DNA of 64,000 nucleotides. Origin: Candidatus Omnitrophota bacterium (GTDB taxonomy: Bacteria; Omnitrophota; Gorgyraeia; 2-01-FULL-45-10). The first letter of the stretch is position 1. Every line of letters starts with the position of its first letter. The stretch covers positions 219,337 through 283,336 of the forward strand of contig JBAZKH010000001.1 of assembly GCA_041650935.1 (NCBI GenBank), given 5' to 3'. The translations under genes were made by a program, and so were the position numbers. The notes beneath the pieces were generated by a model. It saw nothing but the letters and a program-made list of their open reading frames with translations, was not told the origin of the DNA and did not search any database. Shown here in pieces: positions 50,201-52,186 of this stretch.

Positions 50201-52184
50201 ACTCATTACCGCAAGACATATTGAGCGCAATGCCAGGCCGGAGGATTTTATGGAGTATCTTCTCCGCGGGCGTCTTTTCTTTAAGGCCAAACCATCTGGA
50301 TTTCAGGCAAAGCCAATTTTGGATGGCTTCGCACAAGGTTTAGCGGAGAGGTTCGGAGAAAAAGAAGGCGAAAGATATTACAGAAAATGGGTGAGATTGC
50401 TTATGAGAGAAACGGAAAGCAGGCTTGAGACATTGCAATCTTTATATTCTGCGCTTCAAGATGAACAAGGGCCGATATCAATACCGCCGATATTCGAAGC
50501 GTGGCTTAGAAAATATTCCGAAGAAGAGCTTTGTGAAACACGATTATATCCAAGGCAAAAAAGAGTTGTATTGGGATATTTGGATCACGGAAAGGATCGT
50601 GATAAGTTTCGTGAATTCATCAAAGAGGAAATAGGCGAGATACAAAACGTTACAGACGCTCTTTGGGAAACGATAGATCATGACTTTAGCCAGACCATCA
50701 GCCAACAAAATAAAATTACCTATAGTTTCCACCCCGGGGTGGAAGATTTAGGCGAGGGACAGGAGAAAACAGAACCGTCCCCAAGGCTGGCAGCATTTAT
50801 AATAGACGCAGTGACAGGCCGGCAAGTTGAAGCTGTGATAAGAGAGACTGAACCTGGCCACATTGTTGTAGAGGTGGATGGAGAAAAAGAAGGGCATCTT
50901 ACTTATACTATAGGTACATTCAAAGGGCAGAGCATGTTGTATATCAGAGATATTAATGTGGAACCGCGTAATCGGTTTAGCGCTAAACCGGAAAGAAGAT
51001 ATAAAGGCGTCGGGTTGAGGCTTATGCAAGCGGTTGCCGCGATCAGTTTAGAGTCTAATATAGCTAAAGGCGCGCTTCGTCTATCTTCAAGGAGAAATAA
51101 TAAAGATGCTCAAGCATTCTATGAGACTCTTGAGTATTTACGTTTCGCCAACAGGCGCGGGCTTTGGCGCTCTAAGTCCGAGCCTGGGGATGTTATGATC
51201 CAGTGGAACCTCAGGTCTCATGACGCCCGAACGTTCATCAATAACATCGAATCACTGATTAAGCGCGGTCATTTTAAGAATGGGGGCGGTCCGGAAAGAA
51301 CCGTCCTGAACCACTCCCCAGCACCCGAGGTACAAAGTGCAAGTGGTGCTGGATCGGGTTCAGGACAGTCCCCAGCCGCCAGCTTTACTGTGTCGGATGA
51401 GTCAGGGAAGATAGCGTCCGGCGTTCAAGCGCCGGTGCCGCAACCGGTGACTATGACAAATACTATCGCCGCGGAGCATTATATGACTTCGAGAGATGCC
51501 GGCTGGCAGCCTGCGGCTGCAGCGGTAACCGCAATAACGCCCGCGCCCGCAGCGCCTATGGCAATAGAAGGCAACGCGGCCGGCATTGTCGAATTGATAA
51601 ACGAGAGATTCAAAGACGTCAATGTCAAGAGCGGCGCCGGTGTGGTGCTTTCAGAGAACCTGTTCCTGGATAGCGAAGAGGACAGGGAGGAACTGGAGAG
51701 GATAAAGCTCGTCTTCGCCGAGGCAATAAAGAGCGGCGCTATGGCTATACTGAATCTTGAGGAGATACGGACAAGGGCCAAGAGAAGCTCGTCCAAGGAA
51801 AAATTGGCCGTAATACTGGCCAGGGAAGACTATGAGAGCGATAAAGCGCTGTGGGAAGGTAATGGCAAAATGGTCCCGGCGAAAGCGAGCGTCCTGATAT
51901 TGGGTGATAAACTGACAGGCGCGAACTATCTCTATCTGCAGGGCGTGGTCGGCCTGGCGAGGGCGATCATGTCGGGCAACGCTCAGGCGATCGGCTATTA
52001 TTATAAGGTGCTCGCCGGCGTGGATATAGACGACAGCGTTTTGAAACTTCTCGACTCTGCCGAGTGGAACAATATTGCTTTTGCGGTCAAGGCGATATTG
52101 AGTTTCAGAAGTTTGGGCAGGATAGACGACAAAAAATTTACCGCGCATCGGGAGAGGATGGAGACACTGCTTATAGCGGCGTAA
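23262..52184 (+). CDS. giant mosaic membrane-anchored protein (9,640 aa). Contains GDE-like, 2x GH13 and GH77 alpha-glucan enzyme domains; sigma-70 region 2 + 2x region 4; AT-hook; Upf1-like SF1 helicase; Fe-ADH/DHQS-like; RNAP alpha-CTD-like; GNAT
   Basis: A single uninterrupted 28,923-nt reading frame. N-terminal hydrophobic anchor (LPFAVRIIASILVVTFLAQDIVWA). The domain signatures are listed in the separate domain features. Confidence 0.85.
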   Translation: MMKAEEVLPKLSHHRLPFAVRIIASILVVTFLAQDIVWAHPDPFVDQSAQNNTLAPSTFFKLKDSKDRGGALFVEYLIERHPKFHSNISLIAIQHILEDKDILAWFDENKITCKPDYANGGQLGAISINIPTGYTFRYYDPDFDRENSFTCDPQSVIDSKELNPRLHKQIIRAGDKTATPTAQAQPEGPPATLATPLTREKAITHYTDKMGGYTWDNLGAKAQESLIAKYSALREIFHVFDPVWFLRQHINRSWKEELAHSLGIIAIWAGMALSFVIMTILTSSFLDIAYINAVPYAYPIAVPIALLADWLIHRACDMLVINYSVALSRGPDQYDFTNIVDAETLSNFVDKLQESQTYDYGEYDSRFLRPLFELLFTKLRQDFSGSEYFIAECRKVLAEKDSYELRRMMSGAFLKSFEKITQKPGTEKASVGFYGMLFYYLTRRPRPYFGHLYRTFIITRPEAQLAFGKRGRSYYSRGESAASYYRKGFLYGQYENPYFTSSIHMYETTSRADRRNTKNALKIQKALAIWQAEANRRDDWRMRRRINNFINRTTVLEIDVKTSLFFSDPENNVVRLIHAEGRRCALNLPAPYLARLRLDSENDDDMRELATYLNFGQELIDISGRVIKMEAGSEMDREARTIATVSFLNNTKDHFVSTDRLRRNLAAFMEEDTMSIYTDLARERFDREKEAESSLKAGIKGGEREQFARARDIYSRLMYRYDGAGMYSKAQESCDHMFSATEGAILHDRGVLTCPYSIENLFTALRFGRRDEFLSGLRTVTTGRGLPRYIERREVEIFKTMLSPSNEKRNSFQDDVLETLSAQAEAMDIEKTGSFMESAKSILHNYFGKKIDDRFGDLEPYEIEYPDLYYSAEKPVISIISGGHYISGEEVTRNAGIIIDAVRRRVPASSGRDYLSGGGIREIINSVSGRLDAHRSGFLPKERELLQTALKSLRVLNITELNSITLHSEKSPACPDLWMFGLNTSLPYHTKADLDELPAALNRDIREEFPNTLLLSSDILDSIENDKALLHEYILCVLLLSHVDQATSRYLRAALFPENQRDVKAQVLRRGEKFQTLNNVRMLEQIFGNRIASEEPSSDGPILTTPKTREKAIAYYTRKMGEREWNRLTSVDQELSIGKYAARREIFHLFNPIWFFRQHPNTSWKEELIRGLGIIAIWAGMTLSFVIVTAITSLLLDISYSSAVPYAYPIAVPIALLVNWLIHRTYNILAVKHKFAMLAAGDGSESDKLPSATDAERKKALDARLAAALRKLFFKDSRAMTALEAGLPHFSKKERGRDTAISLLGIIAAGWSAEAKDLILKWTGMEEGGLVPNVIRHDNNPQDDALYAAPPPTSDAALWLVEAVHKYIEKSGDRAMLDCVVDNKGKKVIDVLRNIYNRYSTPGGSDSVVCSDPATGFVWVRKKTTWMDTDSTERQGYPVEIQALWYNALNKMCSLDKSVAAEYKSLADKVKSNFHEYFWNSAESTVFDILGADGFETAAESKDRNRRDPAVRCNQIFTVYFGLAEGADAKRILESTKRRLLVPGGLKTLAAPERIYVQDTRDDGARAKDEAEGRVIGWPHAVYYKYYDSNKSADDRNKAYHNGTAWPWLYPFYWAAAVKCGSEAKDTSVDTMVKEYLELMSDPWTGGNASSGGSLPELLDAEASPAPDGRTKHYPKGCGEQAWSIACAIWGLDELSPAPVQPGRFTNGDNPKTKRSGIRYCRFKSDKIGISPIDALMGISQTAVLTPETRKDFSDIVRKVKAGINDREANGPIDEDASDFLDELIEEGRVRAAQMDFEAIYLDDILYIDEGLLADDKEDELVKCLREAVRTSARSGKLIIEVDAHGLANAFGTTIDNIPDIIMDGGLGDIPAKIIRSSDKAPGVLHLNPGYLHCDHRLIKDIWDWFAFELGADTVWLKGVWEESMLSRAMAKEWHRLDVAAGRDSPHAKRENGSRYDVYNYMVDKRLIGSGNGAANTNEAMRNFVKSCIKPKGLNIMLDFVTNQIAADAPCIFNDNTKNLVWSWDSDAEFYAHMRRLGRADWSDKRLEETFLIGAEVRGYREYSRVAKGMLSGTGGIRAMDEDELQIWINKGTLPPRFTSYRIVRHLENGSLTTALINYSEEVNRRYMGGIVNMMADMTLEGGIRGDIVHRAYWNKYFDDHLAPLGMSREEAGKKMPGEIMDELMADLRREHPGTRFLGEVHDSPGKDGNIKFFARMGERQGINATAYYKDYSDEVLSRGAAQNVRAYLFGVNDEEQRGRTTMFTNHDEATGLEALGSIERVRAAAGMCAMHGGPVLIPLTEILPERRPDELWPSDRGHPAHKNWRDSAVHIPQYDFTRLDVPLAGQCHFFGRPGFTKARRHWVNAECVRKFQEDIAVALENDEGIHAIVKPAYIDSLENSGLVAMIRRSRKEDLLTICNDSDVSTEIMICLDRVFGANSTEPPIEGELGKVLYSEGTKVYSGPRTLIVELPAYGYSNFSFRKTEASRKKEEAVKALVEEVHKRARAEEKTWAGNFYQHYRDRLGEREFGVVFEDALERLLFSGEDIERRGAAWIISHDEFLGPVALKQDWDRMKLEELFRPLEDRAVLPFVLAHETKGLWAITKFLEEVPSRKEHWIVAQLLAAAMSVTDMQLRTEIMKEVFSSMPVTLPSISGEGRLLMPSGTEETLMQQHYKQTSLVSVKKLTDMIGPELAAKIYLKRYGNHNNDEPAYEIAGEETNLTLKDAASKNGWIAANTSWSQANGNTLARQQLVKLKAESREAMDAFALTVGGEAYLLFFGDGHKGKILPESFEFLPEPDPAHNSPGLYILFDAWKKDSYGVVTKSGLISDGLPVDIPAGGQMILMLAPPEKERPEILQVSVEFLGGMDKLGDNLKQLLDDIYAAPGGIIWFVGAHPKGEIGKLLNDGPNLSGIYARDIEHGGRNYRVATHGPVKSVTSGDTASAFCVTDLKDPVVIGKMKTVLDALGRRRPITVFDLTGHLSIDSPVILEHPDWCRPFTGVLQEWRQGGIPENLKEEDILSMPGIWGWGFLLSVPLADPKKPLVEDPIVRKLTERGFVFGRDPLDKDRIRVLVCHHTSDFGPMPDIASLDLNHPEVRQYYLDTFRAWLEAGGNGFRIDLAYHFPSELLGLFKKRFPKLTCITEYYNVFGQMIDVHHRTGIDGFYDHEELWKKVRDSFSMADSSEPLQAWLFDFQKYLASGVFVHYLSNHDEDTALNIFGGDRRKYLAALAFIAFLPGYLMINFPDALGLMWRGYTDAAGKTKYDILRELPFAKFMRLARRANQGLDGETYEGLPYDVSLLGNVNNIVASRSADIFRKGIGFVVPRREDGIAWYKRTYHGKTAIVMINYSPLPKQVDLKRYITEPGINVGTAHFLPFESRIYFIEDGRLSTPRGIVNFNEFYRKALEEFYGDVSDGAWAERFCVMCRNEFQGRSDRDFRAVFRDIKSALRFMFRYGPDNVKSAADWMVKDHEKGLWEQFKYAIEADFYAMADQSDPDSPQARRILRGLLEDTATFPGLRDTAFGYVNNALGEAFNSGDVMRMRNIFYVEAGLLRQEDELSWAGKFIEKHKNSWAGKFDGTHKIDWRSDGLLLAFRDVVLAWNRSEGPMHDAAQWILYNLQSDFSAPFLGYYRLTIADINSRLERGERSTLGDMKDLLSEVAEIPGLAAQIGNDAIGGMHKGVPNLTNEDSLAGLLGMEASLLQQMHGSGWAKIFTENYKDKWQGPSGREQNRVFLAAFRNVALDWNSSNDESTSFAAKWMLYNPDSPYSAEFSRPYVEELDEIGRAFKKPGSPAFDALAAFLARADKISGLREHLTGKAIETVRGAAESCSGDRLKSLLRLEANFLKELRREGWAREFIESHRKQWKDHDFTDVILEWNRSEDVPTFAAAQWMLFGPDSNFSSVFFDKYKSDINDMLESVKKTPSEHGPEVSRTLELLLHDARYIRGLNKRLLEEMTQRINIGHAPEDIVFYCEIAAELARAQADPQLAARIFKLVQDARSHPPQPELSAFLMTYNLFILTVSFVTWLTGEMLGTNNLIGLYGMSGYLFAVFLPFAASILVHEFADYFATWIKTGERPYLPRFKGLSLQVTPSFEGQEIVNIGPYASAALTFIALPILYLAGVSPLFLAITAAYSFVHTIFSDNFLFLKAAAKKLGMLQATYWWNEKKHGGILCSLFSGKRKDDQGIGDLKWLDMFIDFADKQGADMIFLLPTTQINPGGIPGLSTPYGSISTFAQSAIMYLPLDEYLDKAKLGEYIDSFVAGDEAKRQKLLEALRSRKIDYPFIYAFKKHCWWQVFKDRYPGMSVDENTEFDSYVRQNRDWIEDYSLFHALFAKFDKAWWDWDDKYKNRDEKALDEARETCKEEISFYKYMQWLYDKRWKEVRVHAREKGKRIIGDMPLYPEPNSADVWAYQDLFIGSKRAGAPPEPGISDLGQKWQFWPYNWKYKSKEVLGFLEKRIRHMAQLYDGIRIDHVLGLLQEWNVDKSDEVKPTEGEWVPEDNKVAIKFGRKNLRRLAKVAARTNTLLIGEDIGGRDKSIIKMMDDVCERLPNFYLFHMIGWLEDKRQDKKHLWTFDAGHDQPCRFAFRWEEMKSVNNEIDMRGVRHFLASHGETIADSDTPEDVEKKVSRALRRMPFYSFTLQALLKAPKEARINSPGTQNFENWSWRSQDIEDLLEMEDLGYYYREEPLAVAEEKNNRGVGTPFAGDAAFSNDNVSVSSLIAGLGLKPGASQDDIDGVIIEAVNDPAGNDTLLQILGFNKTQREALAQALMPSPKVRSLFEKERNFAGIEYIVRVPGIKEARIESAREKVMLGIQCWHDYGHKFAKFVALAYNIKKGDKEDEVRGKIEKIMGEYAPILRDREFLEKMSDYFEHYPPVMLSLVYVLWAQIRAGPEEEIKPLTEALLKVSRINIGTPLEYIPYYKLIAVKYLALLGVDNTHSIIVPLAQHPQEDDFFRTAFQTLVFIAASNRLRSLFDFVGPKADPKAARLAVRIVVAAHPADSVYAKFLDLAAQYPDAEVRRMAEEAKEKAFPSSAAPWEIDDQANRAADPNDGLTPTDMWGEEDLSGKAPQKEDGEIYQQVQLMLQVAPPVLVEVTNIKVWKRLLQELGHKGEAYFLGETDDMPLKTTAAWANKIYPEHTSEDVQHIYEDATRIPLANMFKMFVFGDFPAVKFHERLHAAMSLRALKEGTLYRKEDDSVFNGTERNDAKALKALSGKYDDAREAFRGLESALSNYPGGELSQELFAWLGTIDRYPDFIGKPSFPEGSEEAEYLKHYFDPKKRSTAVMLEPTRQFIAVARRHPEIVEFLRQYYGRLQKFTQETAPFLGFTSGQIAAAFGGYAPRNGGGGAGMVLGWAPLKKRHGWLPTSWMLFLPIFGLYVVDWNRGINRPEPPEIPVFENGHAGGELFCLSKKRAMIPVAGAVKVKRDGEYIVFYHENEADVLYTKDGEEARIKVISEDQNSGIAIIEENNNICGFNGENVAYATRAVLNREVEFFRERRLRHYAAAPLTAKKKEPIDDPVSLNRRVTEDVSHNLKRLTRDGLVFMDICAGLFKLIKKRPPSNYAELSRWVDSKDHSNTPFPAREDLDYDLDALMEGHSSFSLIRQRLNFPAVDISEYNWLRQGWAVLCPELITLLKEYGNDRQKGYAAMWDHLNELSSAAKIVMVGNALEEEVRIRRELSEGERLELVKIKLLSKLAVEHPGVLIGIVRQLYGLRYYHELGIIEDMYARIECDIPLEIKDIVIDASQKIDIAKKLHRIYGLPLEEGLYCVTDEEINGRLKEKFLTAENSNRLSFEKLKNLIMVLDNFVNAPPYSKSAKVSAKKDLRFNDYERASNIVHRLRAIDEHRFAVTLQRLERVVSRWEERVDRQGAYSQAGLVKLLWTFWHSTNIGEEMARYTTDMIGKPPVFTDLKYNIIFGIEDDVSAGPKKSKAKPGRPRGSYKKKAGKDSIEPGMLDAVLAVGRWWYNKVKKLGLDEEDLRDRTALNIAPWLEETVKGIIFAGIYALLCCYNPAHPLLNIAMFTVMDIGVGIVFTLLHLDSARAPPQTPRDILIAPALISLFDAIMFPLAVIVTTLTVSNSILIVIAIMMIAIPQVTIFHYEINRRVYELRKEGANLGYAMLGGDKPSAAAGEAVSDPSGSANITRRIADILSDGRPRAREKLVRMFKGSIPSDQVMDAIDKMIELRDITEDGSVLRSESSLVSPEELLIRDAVRFMADAGYPISPKRNEYLSAEDERRLVEDGSEKSKHILLLSQLLWIKSHAEYLHRRNRGIPVIDFMHAGIKAVNDVLNEEDAATRFDPSKSRLSTYVKRPITWKMAKLVEKKSPLRLQSISHDKELAYRDAGPMPQASRAQKDEIRKLLLYVDERESEIIQLFFGLNGVSLSPEEISVLYKGRLLPDSIQNSVSNILKKLGLPKDGGQGCVAPLSPSQREHLFSLKTIRMVEDFMNNPQRADRLAPRDREVIRLMYGLEGRQTLSSRSTAGLLGIAHSRVDQLRDRAMSKIRKEYESTWEEASRMAGGITEEEMCLAHEEAIRKLQFDDDFTPNGNLPTVYEFALELPHRAENLSVKMVKRLIDIYNLRHPAAPLEFRGYSTPGTLGEPEPLPVTDGLRESAGYSMEALVNGEVLTPRANFVSLIARQKALAYSIEQGDLPRVKSQVTQAITRLSMRARNLQAGKVARKLVGSPAVKLANNKNLLGNAVGYLQKLVEAGMVFSSEPAGTDIPACALGSAALVLEERLLQGDALIFDLMLAKEGYTLYANSVGSKRDAFDKEARGMMAAFAVYCTFSGDERKHLESIYVLKDGTGKKKLGFLPLLKNIYDKAVINEAFDIEGPIKEYVKGAYPGIENEESFKLTREDLSVGSQNDLLPAYDPEFLKSTRRHPCNITELPDGFNYSRIVSVGTKSVVVKVYKPKAGSTDYDLLSIKYYNDFQGEGTITLTAKTGGEYTLGGEGGLPCYDAAGMIAHLNGTRVALRAILDPAQNKEIVALLDGLSFLAKPVEITSKISNRENRTIYVQFVTKEQVEIARRQSARKTTQAREFVPVEQMLDTGILIVPGENLEDKDRIGEKAEGLKKAFNGMGFENVSIGSLDAAANYAHVVIFVEPDEETYGAWNSTFETASRMYPGTEIFKWSTKSGGLYRCFKGWDGERIKGHWTVPVAAQYIAHSIEYDFKFYVGDRFRFAFPPEVIDLPAAKKSGYDNPERTDRAGLKEKMDKLLRAAETYVEKSSAYEKEIVDRSELAFNSRPAYEFADRVPRLIFENLKSAGAEEARGLSLREDDEIKIQFGDDGEIWNAVVAEVDEGRVVCTVPQGLDLKQDLGKTGRIKKRYNDVPAKVQLEFLQYAMEPDSGHESRKPLVDIALGLQPNRTTDGKDITRNAILFNDKVGNNENQLQMVSQALNGRSIELGWGPPGTGKTQAAAAEVIYQNWCMGKTQLIAAQTNKAVDNLLLKAKEMGIKVYRVGNHPGVIDPKLRENWIYADRPREPREEDFKTNQEYISARRKYKDDYDAWRMALVNEIVSGRAIVGGTCMGIAMDRFINKELLGHYLEDFRYFKFDRCIIEEASVASFAELLLVLGKAKEKAFIIGDHHQLGLSPMQPELVERLKAASLGKDEIDAMQTSLFEFLLNQDHFTLTMLEDCYRLTPLQVKLTNFFYDGKLKAMREVSPERNRASLVVIDTKNVPHSDEQIGTSWINGYEADLALGVIERLGKAADMDVAHLGLITPYNAQITYLRNELRKDMLRNWPGREAYERISRVMGNVGTVWPFQGREKPVIVISPVCSNSSGRTGFMSWKMWNVMTSRAQESLIVILDSDTFLASRQEKVPEFTRHMLKLAKEEGTYIELTPGKPKPNLSGIVTVLKQTLAGEYKGRLPLFPGRSSGGTQGRPAPAAPAEGSGEDKEKGQIARGDPKALVDALLAQPIKPMRGSIDKQWISESLKRRVGRSRLSLREKAIMRARIDDVLKNNRLAEFDAIVLKDQADSKLIKGWLLGFNTLPRAPDAAGDEHLTALQKRLSMQGKLSNTIGLATQALDYIGCDESLLQEYLFHEFFCPYLGHERTRITQEEIFKENYPQGSSTAIGLDTRPGHKDGELSAVLQLVISAMHDGVPGSRPGWYRKKSGHTYLMRPLYPEKAVSRAKLLDPADVRIDLGSIRKYMDELMRSGKRFIVVTSPHVVEQMRVWGFPYYKELRKKSILVKSVHYKYMDGRLGRYVKDALKIEDRPDVILGIGMGSVSDWSKIMGHKFSCDVTLIPSALSTNAPFSANVAVRDENKDGGEFGVYGWPAGAARTVCVDSSFISMNCRGNLSGAGDLISCWTALLDWRFAYEHGAEPKDPERDKVFKEALEHLNELADTAPRINANTPDGIETAARLNAKVSRLMTKFGSGRPKAGSEHILSDTLERVTRPRKILHGEQVGVSTLIMMYLYSKIYRRKGGRYPKNVDVKDLFKLVKAMGISLDLERIGLTKDDLEEALISAEPRPGRFSYFDVNKVTREEALEAVNAIFPDKPARPAAAVNPAAKITRRSLTRPVDGADNKVSGASTVEVTAEDLMGWENDVRDRLAYLNDKIGGLEDTIGMRKSDEVNLSPFKRDEYDYYPLHTIEKLIDIKAKFEEELRWARRFEQVIQAAAPRSYDWTAGPEVTRAYPVWALGKFNPRLRRAFIHWGIITVGDLVNRTPKDIVSAWDCDKGMLKELQARLSERGLALREDPVSFHPGVEDSSRVPQNGTSTGILWNNICLLGYNPPEYPDDKPLIVTEKDSLNAVRDFFTRENGKNATFILYDIFKEDINLNSIRSITASGCQAGWFYQVYRAAIELNDGRRGVVILQLPARYGDRNELIATDYNNLQHLYRLHPGIVVRPICISESRTGRDDGTSALNIIAAECLSEYMELNPRQYSPYAVVSPYYGFELNAFRRREPAAQYQLDADRQNSENVLKGLVKNMVILADINLETEAVSFVSQIDIGAGDFMVRPRVDGQFDAKLITARHIERNARPEDFMEYLLRGRLFFKAKPSGFQAKPILDGFAQGLAERFGEKEGERYYRKWVRLLMRETESRLETLQSLYSALQDEQGPISIPPIFEAWLRKYSEEELCETRLYPRQKRVVLGYLDHGKDRDKFREFIKEEIGEIQNVTDALWETIDHDFSQTISQQNKITYSFHPGVEDLGEGQEKTEPSPRLAAFIIDAVTGRQVEAVIRETEPGHIVVEVDGEKEGHLTYTIGTFKGQSMLYIRDINVEPRNRFSAKPERRYKGVGLRLMQAVAAISLESNIAKGALRLSSRRNNKDAQAFYETLEYLRFANRRGLWRSKSEPGDVMIQWNLRSHDARTFINNIESLIKRGHFKNGGGPERTVLNHSPAPEVQSASGAGSGSGQSPAASFTVSDESGKIASGVQAPVPQPVTMTNTIAAEHYMTSRDAGWQPAAAAVTAITPAPAAPMAIEGNAAGIVELINERFKDVNVKSGAGVVLSENLFLDSEEDREELERIKLVFAEAIKSGAMAILNLEEIRTRAKRSSSKEKLAVILAREDYESDKALWEGNGKMVPAKASVLILGDKLTGANYLYLQGVVGLARAIMSGNAQAIGYYYKVLAGVDIDDSVLKLLDSAEWNNIAFAVKAILSFRSLGRIDDKKFTAHRERMETLLIAA
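23828..24260 (+). other. giant ORF: duplicated module A, copy 1 (TREKAI..Y..KMG...WKEEL...GIIAIWAGM, with TM helices)
   Basis: ~140-aa module repeated at 26571-26980 with high amino-acid identity and extended nucleotide identity. Confidence 0.7.
26571..26980 (+). other. giant ORF: duplicated module A, copy 2
   Basis: TTPKTREKAIAYYTRKMG...SWKEELIRGLGIIAIWAGMTLSFVIVTAITSLLLDISYSSAVPYAYPIAVPIALLVNWLIHR parallels copy 1. Confidence 0.7.
27230..28340 (+). other. giant ORF: (alpha/alpha)6-barrel glycoside hydrolase domain, glycogen-debranching-enzyme (GDE_C / amylo-alpha-1,6-glucosidase)-like
   Basis: YHNGTAWPW hallmark, upstream GLVPNVIRHD...YPVEIQALWYNAL, downstream GCGEQAWS. Confidence 0.6.
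28900..30720 (+). other. giant ORF: GH13 alpha-amylase-family module 1 (divergent) with C-terminal beta-sandwich domain
   Basis: Region I-like MLDFVTNQ, region II-like GGIRGDIVH, region III FLGEVHD, region IV FTNHDE. A domain-C-like segment follows: LVAMIRRSRKEDLLTICNDSD...TLIVELPAYGYSNFSF. Confidence 0.45.
32250..33420 (+). other. giant ORF: GH13 alpha-amylase-family module 2 with domain C
   Basis: DLNHPEVRQYYLDTFRAWLEAGGNGFRIDLAYH (region II, nucleophile Asp), ITEYYN (region III Glu), YLSNHDE (region IV), LPGYLMINFPDALGL. Domain C: IAWYKRTYHGKTAIVMINYSPLPKQVDL. Confidence 0.7.
33640..35150 (+). repeat. giant ORF: four tandem ~145-aa repeats (W.(E/K)F.E.H...W......D..L.WNRSE....AA.WML..PDS.FS)
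   Basis: Repeat starts at ~33650, 33940, 34378 and 34813, i.e. a period of ~435 nt. Confidence 0.65.
35275..35740 (+). other. giant ORF: internal transmembrane block 1 (about 4-5 predicted helices)
   Basis: LSAFLMTYNLFILTVSFVTWL ... AALTFIALPILYLAGVSPLFLAITAAYSFV. Confidence 0.55.
35763..37100 (+). other. giant ORF: GH77 4-alpha-glucanotransferase (amylomaltase/MalQ-like) domain
   Basis: GIGDL, STPYGS, DMPLYPEPNSADVWAYQDLF, GAPPEPGISDLGQKWQFWPYNW, RIDHVLG, LLIGEDIGG. These match the conserved GH77 blocks in order. Confidence 0.75.
41040..41100 (+). other. giant ORF: AT-hook-like motif (KKSKAKPGRPRGSYKKK)
   Basis: GRP core flanked by basic residues. Confidence 0.45.
41255..41570 (+). other. 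giant ORF: internal transmembrane block 2
   Basis: IIFAGIYALLCCY..., IAMFTVMDIGVGIVFTLL, ILIAPALISLFDAIMFPLAVIVTTLTV, ILIVIAIMMIAIPQV. Confidence 0.55.
42040..42790 (+). other. giant ORF: sigma-70-family-like module (region 2 followed by two region-4-like HTH segments)
   Basis: GIPVIDFMHAGIKAVNDVL...RFDPSKSRLSTYVKRPITWKMAK compares to sigma region 2 (DLIQEGNIGLMKAVEKFDP..FSTYATWWIRQ). SEIIQLFFGLNGVSLSPEEISVLYKG...SIQNSVSNILKKL and REVIRLMYGLEGRQTLSSRSTAGLLGIAHSRVDQLRDRAMSKIRK compare to region 4. Confidence 0.6.
45440..46720 (+). other. giant ORF: SF1 helicase domain, Upf1/DNA2-like (AAA_11/AAA_12)
   Basis: Walker A GPPGTGKT, IEEAS (motif II), IGDHHQLG (III), ITPYNAQ, TVWPFQGREK (V), VMTSRAQESLIVI (VI). 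Confidence 0.75.
47750..48730 (+). other. giant ORF: Fe-dependent alcohol dehydrogenase / glycerol dehydrogenase / dehydroquinate-synthase-like domain
   Basis: RFIVVTSPHV..., ILGIGMGSVSDWSKIM (GGGS-like loop), LIPSALSTNAPFS, HGEQVGVST. Confidence 0.5.
49195..49385 (+). other. giant ORF: RNA polymerase alpha-subunit C-terminal-domain-like helix-hairpin-helix
   Basis: LGKFNPRLRRAFIHWGIITVGDLVNRTPKDIVSAWDCDKGMLKELQARLSERGLAL aligns with alpha-CTD [53 protein letters not shown]. Confidence 0.55.
50790..51175 (+). other. giant ORF: C-terminal GNAT N-acetyltransferase-like domain
   Basis: Motif A RYKGVGLRLMQAV and motif B AQAFYETLEY. Confidence 0.6.
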
Positions 52185-52186
52185 CC

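Noticed and set aside
23262-52184. Possibility that the giant ORF is a chimeric misassembly or several genes fused by sequencing errors
   Set aside because: It cannot be excluded without reads. However, there is a continuous frame across 28.9 kb with consistent composition, internal duplications in the same frame, and identical hairpins at both ends, so a single gene is the more parsimonious reading.
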